Below are positions 25,254 to 40,019 of a stretch of 64,000 nt of DNA, in pieces. The notes under the pieces are model-generated. The model saw only the letters and a program-made list of their open reading frames with translations, did not search any database and was not told the origin of the DNA. A program made the position numbers and the translations under genes. Every line of letters starts with the position of its first letter. The stretch's first letter is position 1. The DNA comes from Nymphaea colorata (Eukaryota): positions 7,688,001 to 7,752,000 of the forward strand of contig NC_045138.2 of assembly GCF_008831285.2 (NCBI RefSeq). Reading direction: 5' to 3'.

Positions 25254-26146
25254 CGTTACAGAGCAACCACTAATGGCGAACCGATTTGGAGAGAGTTAAG
25301 AAGCTAGAAGAAGAAGGAAAGAAGAAAAAGTAGAAGAAGGAAAGCAAACTCCCACGAAGAACCTTTTGTGCGTATAATTTGCGAATGTTATCACCAATAT
25401 TTAGTGTTCCCAGAAAGGGAAGAAAGAATTATGGAAACTGTTGGGCCACAGCCTTTTCTTAAGTACTTTACTATGAGGATGAGTTTCTTGTAGGGTTGAG
25501 AACGGCCATCTTGCATATAGAAATGTAGAATTATCTATTAATTTGACCTGTATAAAATCTTTGGCCCTCTGCTTCTAAGGTCATGAGTTGCAGTAATGGT
25601 ACAAATCGGCTTACCCGTCATAATCAATTTAAATGTCCACATTTTTTTCAGTTTATCTAAGTTCCTTTTACTTTGGGACATGAAGTAGAAACATATGTTA
25701 TTATACTACAGACAGTTTGAAGTTATTTATGCCATGCTAATGTCATCATAATTTGATGGTCTTAAACATAATATCTCAAGTATGGCCTGTTGCTGCCTGT
25801 GTTGGATGGCAAACTATGAAGCAGTTTGCGGGGAAACTCTGAGAATGAAATTCAGTTTTGCATCCAGAGAAATCAGTAGCCTTTGAAACAGTTCTTCTCT
25901 AATTCTAGCTTTTTGAGATTTTCATGTTCCATGTGCGCCTATTGCATAATGTGTTACAGGTGATCCTGATGTCAGAACCAACCAAACCTCTTGAAGCTAT
26001 TTTTGTCAATTCAAGGGTTCAACCATTTTGAGCTCGTGAAGGAATCCTCAATAGCATTGTTTTTTGTTGTAATTTAAATTTTTGATGTATAAATTTTTTG
26101 TGTAATTAATAATGAAATTTGAATTTGAAAGAATTTTTCTTCCTAA

Positions 26147-26177
<31 letters not shown>

Positions 26178-27671
26178 GATATTGCAACAGGTATAAATGT
26201 CAACCAAATTAAAGGATGGTTTCTCGTTTCCCCATGTTTTTTATGTGTCGGTTAGGGGTAGAGCCACAAAATCTTAATTAGGAGGGCCCAAATAAATTTA
26301 AGAGGAGCATAAATATATCTTATTTTTTTCCAGATTCATGCTAGGATTATATCTTATTATACTTCATATATACACACACACAACCCATCTTCACAGACAG
26401 CACATTTTATATTCGAGCCGGGCCGGGATGTAAACGGGTCGCGGGCTGAACCTTGTGTCCAGTGTCCGCCCGGATATGGCCACTTCGGGCTGGGCCTGCC
26501 CTGCCTGGCTTCCTTTTACATTACTAAAGAGTACTGAGGGAGAGAGAGAGAGAGCACTAACGTTGGCCTAGAATCTCAGATGCTTCTCCGTCGGCCTTCC
26601 GGCGTCCGTTTCTCAGGTCGCACCGCAATGGAAGAAAATTGGGGAGAGATGAAGATGAGGTGATCAGGTGAGCCAAAAGGGTTTGTCAGTTATTTTATTC
26701 TTTATAGGCATTAAGCGATTTAGGGTAGAGTTAAAAAAATGTTGAAAACCAAATCAACAACTTGGCAGTGAGGCGGTCGCCTCCCCATTGTCGCCGGCAG
26801 GCTGTGCCGTTCTCCCGGGAGACGCCAGCAGATATATATGCCTCTAGTTAAGACACTTCAGTACCTCATTAAGCTTGATTGAAACGGACGGATGTGCTTA
26901 TCATTCTTAATTGTCCTTAAACATGCTTTAGAAGCCTCACAAAAGAACTCGATTTTTGAGATTCAGGCCTTTTATATGAGATGGATAATTGATGTTTTGA
27001 GTTTCGGTTACCCTTTTTCAAGATCCTCTCAATCAGGCTATTTTTTTTTAAATTTATATTTAAATTTTAAAAAATTTTACTTGTCTTATATAAAATTTTT
27101 GAAAAATAATATTTTAATCAAATTCAAAAACTTTAATTCAACCTTCTCATAAAAAATTTCTCGCTCCCCCTACGACCAACAAAAGTTGCTTATTTTCAAG
27201 GCAAGCTTGAATCCAGAAAGAAAAAAAAAAGGATGCATTGAATACCTGAAGTTGAGGATGTAAATGGATTGGATATACATTTTTTATGAACTTAATTTTA
27301 AATTGAGTAAAACACAAATCTGATTACTAACCAGCGCCATAGCTTGTTGCTAGGCGATCTTCGAACTTCTCATGTCCTAGTGTTTATATTTTTCAATTGG
27401 TAGCAGCTTTTGTGGCTGTAGTTCAACCAAGAAAATAGACGATCAACCTTTGCGGTTCACTACCAGAGCACCCAAACCAAGTTGGCTTGTTGTGTATCTT
27501 GTCTTCCTTTTTCTTGTATTTTCTACTGCAAAGGCGCTGTGAATGACGCAAGCAGAGACTCCACAAAATTGGAAGCAGAAAGGAGGAAAAGCAGAAGAGA
27601 ACGAAGAAGAAAGAGTCACGACCATGCGCTGCAGTAGGAGTTGAGAAGAAGGGGGGTTGGTGAGAAGACTC

Positions 27672-27834
27672 ATGGCCATCGGTGAAGTCGTATCTCCCCT
27701 GCTTGGTGATGGCGGTTGTAGCGACTATGTCAATGACGCCGTCGACTTCAGAGGCTCTCCTGCCATCCGCTCCAAATCGGGAGGATGGAAGTCCTCCCTC
27801 TTCATAATCGGTAAGCGGAAAGGAACAAAAAGAA

Positions 27835-27869
<35 letters not shown>

Positions 27870-30800
27870 TGTGTCTGTGATCCTGTTTCATTCCCACAGT
27901 TGGGACAGCTTCACTACCTAAAGTTGGTGCTCGCATGCCAACGACATGGGTGGGAAGTGAAATGGGTTGTGTCTACTTCCTGCAATATTCCAATTTATCT
28001 CAGTATTTTCTTGATATATGTTGGTTGGTGAGAATTTCATCTTCCTTCTCCTGTTCCATTTTGGGGAATCTTGCTGACGGTTGATAGGAATCATTTGCAA
28101 GTGAAGGTGTTGAAGTGTCTGAGAGGTTTGCTTACTATGGGATCGCTTCCAACCTCATCAGCTACCTCACGGGACCTTTGCACCAATCCAACGCGGTGGC
28201 TGCAGCGAACGTCAACGTTTGGCAAGGTGTGTCGGCCATGCTTCCTCTGCTGGGGGCGTTTGTGGCAGATGCCTACTTGGGCCGCTACAGAACCATCCTC
28301 ATATCCTCCATGCTTTACATCCTTGTAAGAGAAAATCTCTCTCTCTCTCTCTCTCTCTCCCCCCACCCCCAACCCCCCGGATGCTTTGTTTGCACCTTAC
28401 TTTCACTATGCCCCCTTGAAGTCCTTTGAGAGCATCACAGTGGCGGATGATTCTCTTAGATGTATTAATTTTTGCTTGACCTGAACTCGAGTTGCCCGCA
28501 GCTGTGAATAAGTGGTTTTAGTGAAGCATCTTATCGCGAGTTCTGCTGAAATATTGGCTATTGATGCCCGTGCTCCTTTACAAATTGAACATGGATGTAG
28601 GGAATCAGCTAAATTAAGAAAACTATTAGTGAAGGAACTATGAGAAAAATTTCTACTGGTTTGATTAGACGGAGAACACTTGCAATTGTCTGTTTGAAGA
28701 ACTGCAGCTGTAAGTGCTGTTTGTTTAAGCTGAATGGTTTCACTTAGTTCGTAGAAATTTACTTGACAATGTTATCTGTGAAAATGTCTTCAATTGAGAA
28801 AATTTAAACGGTCAGATGTGTTTTACGATGATCAACAAACTTAGTGGCTCGTATGTCATCGAAAACTTGATTATAAAAGATTCAAGGTCTTCTAAAATAA
28901 ATTCAATGTTTGGCATGTGCCAAATAAGCAAGCTGGTTTGATGTTTGATTAAGCAAAGAACCTGCAACTATAATTTTCTCTGGGGTGCTAATGAAATGAA
29001 GTAGATATAACACAAACAGAGTGACGCTCCACCGTTCATGGGGGAGTTGAAAAGGGAGGTTCCATCCCCAAGTTGGGATGCTTATCTTGACCCATGGAGG
29101 GATTCAAGTGACACTACTGTCATGGAAAAATTATCGTCCTTGGACATGTTAGGAATATATCATCTTTGTAAAGGCAGAACTGTACATTTAGATGTAAAGT
29201 TTCCATAATCAAGCTTGAAAATGCGCTATTCTGAGGGCTTCTTCCTGTTAATATGCCTTGCTTCAACTTTTTTGACATTGAGCTTGTTTCTGCAACTTGG
29301 GTAATGAGGTTGATGTCCTATGTTGGTATCTTTGCTCATAAGGGTCTTAAGAAAAGTTCATTTTGATGTTGAAGATGGACAAATATGAATTCTTCAGGGA
29401 TTGGCCTGCTTGACTATATCAACAATACTCCCACCTGGTTCCAAGGGTCATAGTGGCAGATCAGCCTGGCTTCCTCTACCAGAGTTTCAAGTGGCTTTCT
29501 TCTTCTTCTCTCTGTACTTGGCTGCTATAGGTGCAGGAGGACACAAACCTTGCACACAAGCATTTGGCGCAGACCAATTTGATGAGTCTAACCCACACGA
29601 GCAGATGCCTAAGAATTCTTTTTTCAACTGGTGGTATTTTGGACTTTGGTCTGGAAGTCTGGTCTCCATGGTCACTGTAAATTACATTCAAGAATATCTA
29701 GGTTGGGGATATGGATATGGTATAACATGCTTGTCAATGGGATTGTCGCTGGCTGTTTTCTTAATTGGAACATTTACATATAGGTTTAAACTATCCCAAG
29801 AAGGAAGTCCATTCACAAGCATTGTGCAAGTGCTTGTTGCAGCTGTTCGTAGATCGCAGTGGCCTATAGAAGAATCAGAACATGATCGTGGTTCTACTAG
29901 GCAGTTCAGGTGAAAAGGATGGCCAAATTTTCTTGTTTTTTCTAGTCTGTGTGCTGTTTTCTTTGCTTCCACAAAATCATGATATTATTCTCACATTCTA
30001 CGTTACTGCTTAAAGGCAGAAGCACTCTCTCCTGTCTATGATAGTTCTATCTACACTTTGACATGCAAAAAATGTGTAGTACAGAAAGGAGGATAACTGA
30101 TATTCCCTTCTATAGAGAGTGATGTTGCAGATAAATTGCTTACTGATGTTGCATTGTCAAATTTTGCATTAATGATTATTTGATTGGCACGTTCTTTTTT
30201 GGTTTGCATGAACAGAAAACAGCACATCAGATTTGTTTTTTTCATTTAAACCCCTTCTCATCCGTGAGGAAATCATTCTTGTGGTTAGATATACCATGCA
30301 GTTGCTATAGGATTTATAGTGTGAAAATGGTTTCATGTAAACCTTACACTAATTATCAGAAAGAATGAAAAAGGACAATGATTTTACAAGACCTCATACT
30401 ATTACTCCATCATAAATCTAACAAAAAGGGCAATGACGTTACTAGCACAGATTCTTTGTGACAGCAGATGACATGGTCTGTATTATAGTAACTGCTAAAC
30501 TAAAAGTTGTGGAAAGTTTTCTAGTTTTGCACAGATATTTCTGAATTATTTTGGTTTGTGGGTGCATCCAGAGACACCTTTGGCACCATTTACATGAGCC
30601 CCTATGAACCCCTTAGGGGCTGTTTGGGAACAGTAACAGCATGTTAGTGTTCCATGCATGTGCCCTAAAAGGTGGGGCAGACTCATAAAACACTTTTAAA
30701 TATATCCAATGAATCTAGCCAATTTTTGAGTTAAATGCATGGGACAGTAACATAATGTAGCAGCCCCTTAGAGAGCATGACATTCAGATATCATAAAGTA

Positions 30801-31722
30801 TATCTTCTTACATTTCACTCTGTTGCTTAGTTTCTTGAACAGAGCTGCTATTCCGTTGAATCCAAATTGCTCCTTTCCATCCAAAAGGAACAACTGGACC
30901 GTATGCTCTGTTGAACAAGTGGAAGAAGTGAAGGGTGTGTTGCGCCTCTTTCCTATATGGGCCTCGTGCTTAATGTATGCAGTTTTCTTTTCTCAGTCCT
31001 CAACTTTCTTCACAAAACAAGGTTGTACCATGGACAGAAAAATCAGTTCAAGTTTGCTAGTCCCACCAGCATCTCTGCAATGCTTCATTGGAATTTCTGT
31101 GGTTCTTTTCATCCCAATCTATGACCAAGTCCTTGTTCCGATTGCTAGGAGTTTCACTGGGGTTCCTTCTGGCATTACACTGCTGCAAAGGATAGGAACT
31201 GGTATGTTCTTTTCAATATTGTCGATGGTAGTGGCAGCTCTAGTAGAGCTGAAGAGACTTAATGTGGCAAAAGATTCTGGTTTAGTAGACTTTCCTGCAG
31301 TAACATTACCAATAAGCATATGGTGGCTTCTCCCTCAGTATATATTGTTTGGAGTTTCTGAGGCCTTCACAATGGTCGGATTGCAAGAGTTCTTCTATGA
31401 TCAGATGCCCAACACTTTGCGGAGTATGGGAATTGCAATATATCTTAGCATTTTTGGAGTGGGAAGCTTTTTGAGTGGTTTTCTTATTTCTCTGATAGAA
31501 AAGCTCAGCAGTGCAACAAGTGGAGGCAGTTGGTTCCCCACCAATCTAAATAAAGCCCATCTTGATTACTTCTATTGGCTTTTGGCTGGACTCAGCATTC
31601 TTGGGTTGTGCGTGTATGTTTACTTTGCACAATCTTATATTTACAGGAATAAATATCCTTCTTCTAAGGATGGGTACCAGAATCAGAGGGCTCATTTCTG
31701 TACAAATGATGTGAACAAATAA
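27672..31722 (+). CDS. NPF: NRT1/PTR family (NPF5.10-like) transporter, copy 1, 4 exons, 586 aa
   Basis: Exons 27672-27810, 28107-28324, 29398-29909 and 30831-31722 (1761 nt). [60 protein letters not shown] and [10 protein letters not shown] motifs. Confidence 0.94.
30616..30767. mobile_element. Tourist/PIF-Harbinger-like MITE in NPF copy 1 intron 3
   Basis: Ends ggggctg...cagcccc flanked by tta on both sides. Related copies at 47843-48010 and about 58598-58750. Confidence 0.65.
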
Positions 31723-32723
31723 GCAGAAACAAGGTGTTTCTAGATGCAGCAAATGATTAAACATTTCATGCTGCAAGAGGTTGCTTGTCAAATCCAAACC
31801 ATCGAGGCAAATTATGTGATTCTGTTGAATTCAAATGTTTACTGATAGTAACTATATTTCACTACTTCTACCTAATATTATACAGGACGGGAAGTCATTA
31901 CCTTGATGGTCACAAGCTGTCACAGAGGTGCAGGTTGTGAATATGGATGCAGGTGCTGCAGCTTTCAGACAAACTTGGGTGTAGGCCCGGTGAGGGTAAT
32001 ATTACGCGGGAACTGAAATATACAATCAATATACATTTCAATTCACCGTAATCGGTATATGTAAACTTAGACTAAGTAGGTTTTTATGTACAAGGCTTTA
32101 TGGTAAAAAATCAGCAAGTTATGTTAAGACAAGACCAATTTATCAACAAGATGTACTTTGTAAATGGCATGAATTTCGACCATTTTGAAAAATATTAGGC
32201 TAATAGATTGTTTGTTGAAAATGAAGATGATGACTGCTTCTTGAAACCGGTGACCTGAACTTGGTTAGCAGGCATGATTGGAGTAAAATTCGATATGTCT
32301 GCACCTCAAAGTATGAGTAATAAATAACATGTATATTTCTTTTTTCTTTTTGTAAATTATTGTGCATAGTCATTATCCAGTATAATTCTCTTCTTTAGCA
32401 TTACAATAAACTGTCAAAATTCCAATTACTATCATTTTTCATGTTTTATTTTTCAATTTTAAGACTTTAAGTACAATTGACTTAGAAATCATTTAGAAAA
32501 GTAAACACTATTCCTCAGTCTCATTAATATTGTGAATATAGTCTCTTGCATTGATAGTGTGGTTTATGTTTTTTTTTTTTGGTCAATTGTTTGATCAACA
32601 TGCAGGTATAGAGCATATATTGTGCTGTGATAATTTTGTGACTTTAAAGATGCTTCTTAGACAAGGATGTGAGGAAGAGGATTGCTCAGCCACTGATAGA
32701 ACCAACTAATCACATGTTGACAT

Positions 32724-32763
<40 letters not shown>

Positions 32764-33334
32764 TAACATGAGTACGGGCACGGAGATATGAGTATGGACA
32801 TGACAACTAATCACATGTTGTTGTAGGATAAATTTTCACTCGACAGTCATTGTGACGGTAGGTGATCACATGTATCACGGATGCATGGAAACGAAGAAAG
32901 TGTAAACTGAAAAATATATATTACTATTGTGAAAACTAATTGAATGATGACAGTAAAGAAGGTGGAACTTCACACTTCACAGTTGATGAATTGTTGGAGA
33001 ACGTCACGAATTATTGGAACTCTAATGAGAAAAGTAATTCACCAACTCTTGTAATATAATATCGATCATAAAGCACAATTAACATTTAGTTGTAGTATTA
33101 CAGTGCAAAAGTAGAATAGTTCCTCTACTGCCTATTCACTTGTTGAACATGCAGATGTTCTAATAGTGCTTTCCTAGTAAAAAGAATGAATTTGATCACA
33201 TTTATGTGGTAAAATTTCACAAACAAATTCACCAAAACGAACAAAGGATTAGAGAACTCAGATCGCATGTGTCTTTTTGGCATACTTTCATGCGGCCTTT
33301 TTCAGTGGTGGAGCCAGAAATTCAAGTATGTGTA

Positions 33335-33680
33335 ATGAGGGGTAAAAAAAGTCATCTTCAGTATGTATATATTTGAGATCTAGACATGTCATACCATATG
33401 TGGCTCCCCAACTGGCTTCTCTTGAACTTTTGTTACAAGGAATAACAACCTTCAATTATGAAGGGTAAAAAAGTCATTTTAATATTTTATATTTAAGCTT
33501 TTGAGTCCTCTGCCCCTCATCTCTCACATGTGGTTCCCCAACTGGCTTCTTTATAACTTTTGATAAAGGAATAGCAAACCTTCAATCATGAGGGGTAAAA
33601 AAGTAATTTTATAATATGTAATATTTAAGATATAGACAAACCAGAGGAGTCCTATGCCCTCACATGTGGCTACAGCAACT
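33335..33680. repeat. About three degenerate tandem copies of a ~130-bp unit
   Basis: Recurrent gaggggtaaaaaagtca...atgtggctccccaactggcttct...aaggaataacaaccttcaat blocks. Confidence 0.7.
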
Positions 33681-36600
33681 TTTATTATAACATTGAAGAG
33701 GTTGGTCTAATAGGGGCTTTTAGGCAGTCAGTTTTTGTTTTTAGGCAGTCAGTTTTTGTTTGAACTCTCCTTGCATCAACCCTCAACTCTTTGTACTACA
33801 AAAAAAAAAAAAAAAACAAAAAGAAAAAAGAAAGAGGAGAGGGAGAGAGCCGTGCGGGCATTGATATGTAAGTTGAATTGTACTGATGGCATCACTTTGA
33901 GACAACAAAAACTGCTTTGGACCTGAGGGAAAAGGAGAGAAGCTTCAGTTTTTATTCAGACAGTAGACAGTGGGAATAGCCTCTCACTCACCCAAAATAA
34001 GAATCTTCATTATATAAATTTCTTGCTTGGGATACAAGAGGACAATGTACTTTAGACATCATAAGCTTTTAGGTTGACAGTGAAGACGATGATGCAGTCA
34101 AGAGTTGGAGTTAGACCAATTACATGGTCAGATTGACATGCAAAATCCAGACTGATTTTCTGATTAAAATCTGCAATCTTTAGATTAATAAGAACACTTT
34201 AAGGCCTTACTGGATTAACCTACATACACAAACATGGTGATTCTTTTTCTTGATTGGCACGACTGAACCGGGTCCGAACTTGATAGCCGTGATGGACCAA
34301 CATAAAATCAGATGCAAAACCAGTCGGATTTATCCGAATTTCGATCCGATGACGATATCTGATGTAACTCATATCCATCTTTATCCAAGAAAAGGAAAAA
34401 TTTGTGTGCTGGGGCAAGTTGTTCAGCCAATTGAAAGTGTATACTGTGAGTCACATATGATCCCCAAAAAAAAAATCTCAATGGGACCCAATAGCCTTGG
34501 GGCCCTTATGCAATCAGACACAGACAAGATCCAATAATACTATTAGGACATGAATGCACTACGCTATACAGCAGGTTCACAGTAAATGATTGATTGCAGG
34601 GGCAACTCATCTTCGACAAGTTTCACCTGGATAACTTGTCACCCATTTGAGGGGGAAATAGTCCTCCCTTGTACAGATTTTTTTTTTTTAAAAAAAAAGA
34701 AAAAACTCTAATGTTAATTAAAATAATCGATAGATCGCCTGCCCCAAGCCAAAGACATTCGAAGGGGAACATTATGCTGAGAAGGGCAGTATTAATATGT
34801 ACAATTTTAATTGAAGGATGTCTGAATATACAAATAGATGCATACGTATGTGAGCTTTTAAAATATTAGGGGTGCATGTGCCATCCCTCCCTTGCATATG
34901 GGCTCCATTCTGTACTGCTTTCTTGGTGGCTAAAGCTCCAGCTGAAAAATTTACAACTGTTTCGAATGTAGGATGGGCCTAGAGTTTGTGTAATTTGGTT
35001 TCTCTAATTATCTTAATATTTAATTTTGCAGATTTTTTTTTGCTTCAGTTTGTTTCAGGTAATTATGATTAAGTTTTTTTATAATTTAATGTGAACAAGC
35101 AATTACAATAGAAAGCCAAGTTCTGATTTTACCATGAAAACGATACTGTTTATGTAAAACTAGTTTTTTTTAATTTAACCTCAAGCACAGCTCATTTTTT
35201 TCTTTGTATTGGTTGTTGCACTCTTAAAGTTTATTTTTCGAAATTTTCTTTTTGGATTACTTCTTAGGTATTCATTAACTTAAAAAAGAAAAGAAATAAA
35301 AACTTAAAACAATAAAAATGTAATTTGGCGATAGCAAATAATGTTAACCTGTTTCTTCCTGGGTAAACAAAAATTATTCTAGATTTTTTACAGGCTTTAG
35401 AAAAAATTATTTTTTATTAAAAAATAGCGCTAAGTGGTTTCTTTTCTAATATAAAAAAATTGTCACAAAAATAAATATGTGGTGTATTCATACTCTTGGA
35501 TAGCATTTCCTGTTCTAAGATCCCTTTTATACGGCACTCACGGTCTAAACACACACCCTATTTTACCACCATGATTTGAGATCTTTGGTTTATGAACAAA
35601 AACTCATATTTATGGATCAGACTTAAAATGTGTGGATTTAACTTTTTTAATGATCAAACCTCATATTTTTATCCGGAGGGGTGGTAGTGTAGTGGTTCGG
35701 CTCCTTTAAAGGCTTAAGTTTGAGTATTGAAGTGACCACTGTCACGTTTTACGTTTTAGTGTGCTCTATTTTAAACCGTAAAAAATCTCGAAACATGCTT
35801 TGTGAAAATCCATCAGAGCAGACCAATGGTCTCTTTTTTAAGAGCGGTGGAATGAACAACTCACCATTAAAAAAAAAAAAAAAATCGATGGAAAAGATGT
35901 AACCTAAAATTCATGGATTTAACATTTCTAATGATCAGATTTGAGATTTCTAATAATTTCAAATCAATTAACATCCCAATAATATAATTAAGACCTCAAT
36001 TCCGACGCTATCAAACACCTACTTATTTGTCTAATAAAATAAAATGATCGACTTTTTAGACCTTACCTAACAAAAGCTTTATTGACCAAAAATAGCATGA
36101 TGAAGACAACGCTTCAAGAAACCAAGAGATCACTGTGTCAAGGTCATAACCGCACATGATTGGACTCTTGCCTGCGTCATTTTCAGTAGTTTTGACATCC
36201 TCCTAACTTTCGTATAATTTCAGGAAAAGCTCAACGTTTTCTACATTTTCAATTTGAACATAGGTTTTGATCACAACAAGAAAAGCTCAAATAGCAAGTC
36301 ATAAAGTAACGTTTTTCACTTTAAAGTGCCACAAGGACTAAGGTGATGACTCTTTTAAAGCAAATGAGACATAAGACAATAAGTTGGAAGCTCTAGATCA
36401 AATCTAAATCTTGTTATTTATTCAAAACGAACCAAAAAAACAAAGGCATTGCCGCCAATTTTACGAAATTATCTTGGAATTGAAACACTGAAACTGAAAC
36501 GCTCCCAATTTCGGATTAGTGCGATTTTGTGGTTTCTATGTAGAAAATTTTCTTCCCGAATATTTTGCTGGAGACAATGGGCTGGAATACTGCTGCCGCC

Positions 36601-36720
36601 ATTGCCGGCTGTCTTTCTCCGAGTGGCCAACCACATTCAGGGTGAGAGTAACGTGCTTTGAGAAAACAAGAGCGCAACAGCGTTTCGCATTGCAGCGACC
36701 ATTGAGGAGGAGGACGTCTA

Positions 36721-39700
36721 ATGGCAATCCCTGCAACCTCATCTCCTCTTCTTGGTGGTGGTGGTGGTGAGGAGGGTGGTGGCGACTACTACGTAGAGGG
36801 TGCCGTTGATTTCAGAGGTCACCGGTCTGTCCGATCGAGATCCGGCAAGTGGAGATCCTCTTTGTTCATAATCGGTAAGAAGCACAAAGAATCCTCTCTC
36901 ATATTAATGCACATTAGAAATCTAAGAGAGCTCGATTTCTTTGAGCAAACTGATTTGTCTTGATTTCCAAATTTAAGTGATTAGTGCTGGGTACTCTTTT
37001 TTTAGCCAATCAATCTCAATCGAAGTTTGAGCGAATCAAATGCCCTGTGAAGGTTCTCTCTAGTCTTACGAAATTATGTGGGTTGTTCTTCTTTGCCCTG
37101 TGAAAAAAAGGAGACAAGAATGACAGACGAAAGGAGGGGAGATCTTTGACTGAACCTCACTGCCAATAATGGAAAATAGTGGGATTTTAGGTGCACCAAC
37201 TTGCCAAAATATCTAGATAAGTTGGGATATCGATATTATGCTCCACAATGCAATATCTCGAACTTATTATACCGGTTTTTCTGGATAAGTTGGCGTGTTC
37301 AGAAGATTCACTAACGAGGCTTGTCTTTTTCTGATGTTGGGGATTTTGGCATCTTGCTGATCGATTGGTTGAGCGGCGGAAGGCGTTGAGATGTCGGAGA
37401 GGTTTGCTTACTATGGGATCTCCTCAAACCTCATCACATACCTCACCGGAACGCTGCACCTGTCGAACGCGTCGGCAGCAGAGAATGCCAACCTGTGGGC
37501 AGGGGTCGGATGGATGCTCCCTCTGCTTGGAGCGTTTGTGGCGGATGCCTGGCTGGGAAGATACAGAACCATCATCTTCTCTTCCCTCATCTACGTTCTT
37601 GTAAGGAAAACATGACCACCTCTCTCCCTCTGTCTGTCTCTCTCTTAGTTATGAAAAGAGACTCCATTTTATTTCAGTTTGGGATACTAATCTGCAAGCA
37701 AAACCTGCATCTGATGATCACTAATATAATCCCGCTTTCATTACCAAAACAGAGAGCAATCGGAGTTAATTTTCTGATTAAACGTTTAGTCCGACCAATT
37801 GATATCTCCGGCAGGGGCTGTGTCAAGAACAAATATGTTTGTGACAGCATGATCTACTTGTTTATGTATCTAAAGCCTGTTTCTAATATTTCAGTTAGAC
37901 TGAGACTGTTATTCAATTCAGGGTTTGGTTTTCTTAACTCTATCAGCAGTACTTCCTTTTGGCTGCAATAGTGCCAGTTCTTCTTGTTCTCCGTCCAAGT
38001 TTAAAGTGGCGTTCTTTTTCTTCTCGCTCTACTTAGTTGCCATAGGCCAAGGAGGCCACAAACCATGTGTCCAAGCATTTGGTGCAGATCAGTTTGATGA
38101 GACCAATCCGGCAGAGCACAAGGCCAAGAGTTCGTTTTTCAATTGGTGGTATTTTGCGTTATGTTTTGCGAACACAGTTTCCATAATGGTACTAACTTAC
38201 ATCCAAGAAGACAAGGGGTGGGGGCTTGGTTATGGCATCCCATGTGTGTTAATGGCACTGGGTCTCATAGTTTTCTTGGTTGGAACCTTTACTTACCGTT
38301 TCAGTCTGGCTCAAGAAGAGAGTCCCTTCACAGGAATCCTGCAAGTATTTGTTGCCGCCATCCGCAAGTCACGATGGTCTGTAGAAGATTTTGATCATTC
38401 CTCTGGCCTTAGTGGGCAATTCAGGTAAAAGTTGTTTCAAACTTTTCTGTATACTGCACTTTCCAAGAAAAGCAGGTCTCATAAACACTGTTGGTTAAGG
38501 GCATACAAAGCTATAAGTGGACGCTGATTCCTTCTTGAATCATAAAGCCTGCACAATTTTATTGAACTTTCAATTTTGAAGCCTGCAGAATTGTTTTGGA
38601 CCATGCGGACATGTTTTGTTTTTAAGAGTATACACACCATTGGTTGAGTTGATTAATTTCATGCTCCTTTTTAAGGTTAGTGCCTCGTTTGGTTAAATGT
38701 GTCGCCATGTTCTACTCTCTTCAGCGTGAAGCTTCCTTTGTTCATTGCTTTCAACTTTCAAACAAGATTTTGTATTTTTCTCTCGAAAATTTGCAGAAAG
38801 AATGCACTTCTTAGAAATAGAGGCATTGTAATGGCTACTGAAACCAAGTGGCGACATTTTAAAAGGAAAAAATTCATCTTTGAGGCGTAGGCATTTGTTA
38901 TCCTTTTGTTTCAGCATCACTGAGGACATTCCTTCATAATATGTAGACATGCAATCTGAATGAAATTTCTGAATTAGACTTGAAATCCATATATATATTG
39001 TATCCAATACTTTGAAATCCAGGAACACCAAGAAAAGTTTTTTAATTACGGAGAACATCTTCTTGATTAAACGTTTGTTACATGATTACAGTTATGCCAG
39101 ATCTTTATTCTTTCCCCTTTTGTGTAGGTTCCTAAACAAAGCTGCTATACCACTGAAATCTGATTGCTTCGCGCCACGGAAGAGAAGCAGTTGGTTAGTA
39201 TGCTCTGTTGCACAAGTGGAAGAGGTGAAAGGAGTTTTACACTTGATCCCCATATGGGCTACATGTCTGATGTACGGAGTTGTGTATGCTCAGGCTTCAA
39301 CTTTCTTCACAAAGCAAGCTAGCACCATGGACAGAACTATCGGCTCAAGTTTTGTTTTTCCGGCAGCAGCTCTGCAGAGCTTCATTGGTGTCAGTATATT
39401 ACTGTTCATTCCAATCTATGAAGGAATCCTGGTTCCCATTGCTAGGCATTTTACAGGGATTTCTTCTGGCATTACTGTGCTTCAGAGGTTAGGAACTGGG
39501 ATGTTCTTGTCAGTGTTGTGTATGGTGGTGGCAGCTGTGGTGGAGCGGATGCGACTTGAGATTGCAAGAGAAGCAGGCCTAATAGATCTACCTGAAGCGA
39601 CAGTGCCCATGAAGATATGGTGGCTACTGCCTCAGTATCTCTTATGTGGACTGGCTGATGTGTTTACAATTGTGGGATTGCAAGAGTTCTTCTATGATGA

Positions 39701-40019
39701 GATGCCAGAAGCATTGAAAAGCATGGGGATTGCTCTCTATCTTAGCACACTGGGGGTGGGATACTTCTTAAGTAGTTTTCTGATCTCCCTTATAGAGAAA
39801 CTGAGCAGTGCTACTGGTGGAACAAGTTGGTTCTCCAACAATCTTAACAAAGCTCACCTAGATTACTTCTATTGGCTTTTGGCCGGTCTTAGTATTCTTG
39901 AATTGTGTTTGTTCATGTTCTTTTCTCGATCTTATGTTTATAGCTGCAGACAACATAGTTACAAGGTTGATTCCCAGCATGGGAGTATGGGTTCCAGTAC
40001 AGCTACCTCGAATATATGA
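36721..40019 (+). CDS. NPF: NRT1/PTR family (NPF5.10-like) transporter, copy 2, 4 exons, 588 aa
   Basis: Exons 36721-36874, 37383-37600, 37922-38424 and 39128-40019 (1767 nt). Same motifs and intron positions as copy 1, and exons 2 and 4 have identical lengths (218 and 892 nt). Confidence 0.94.
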
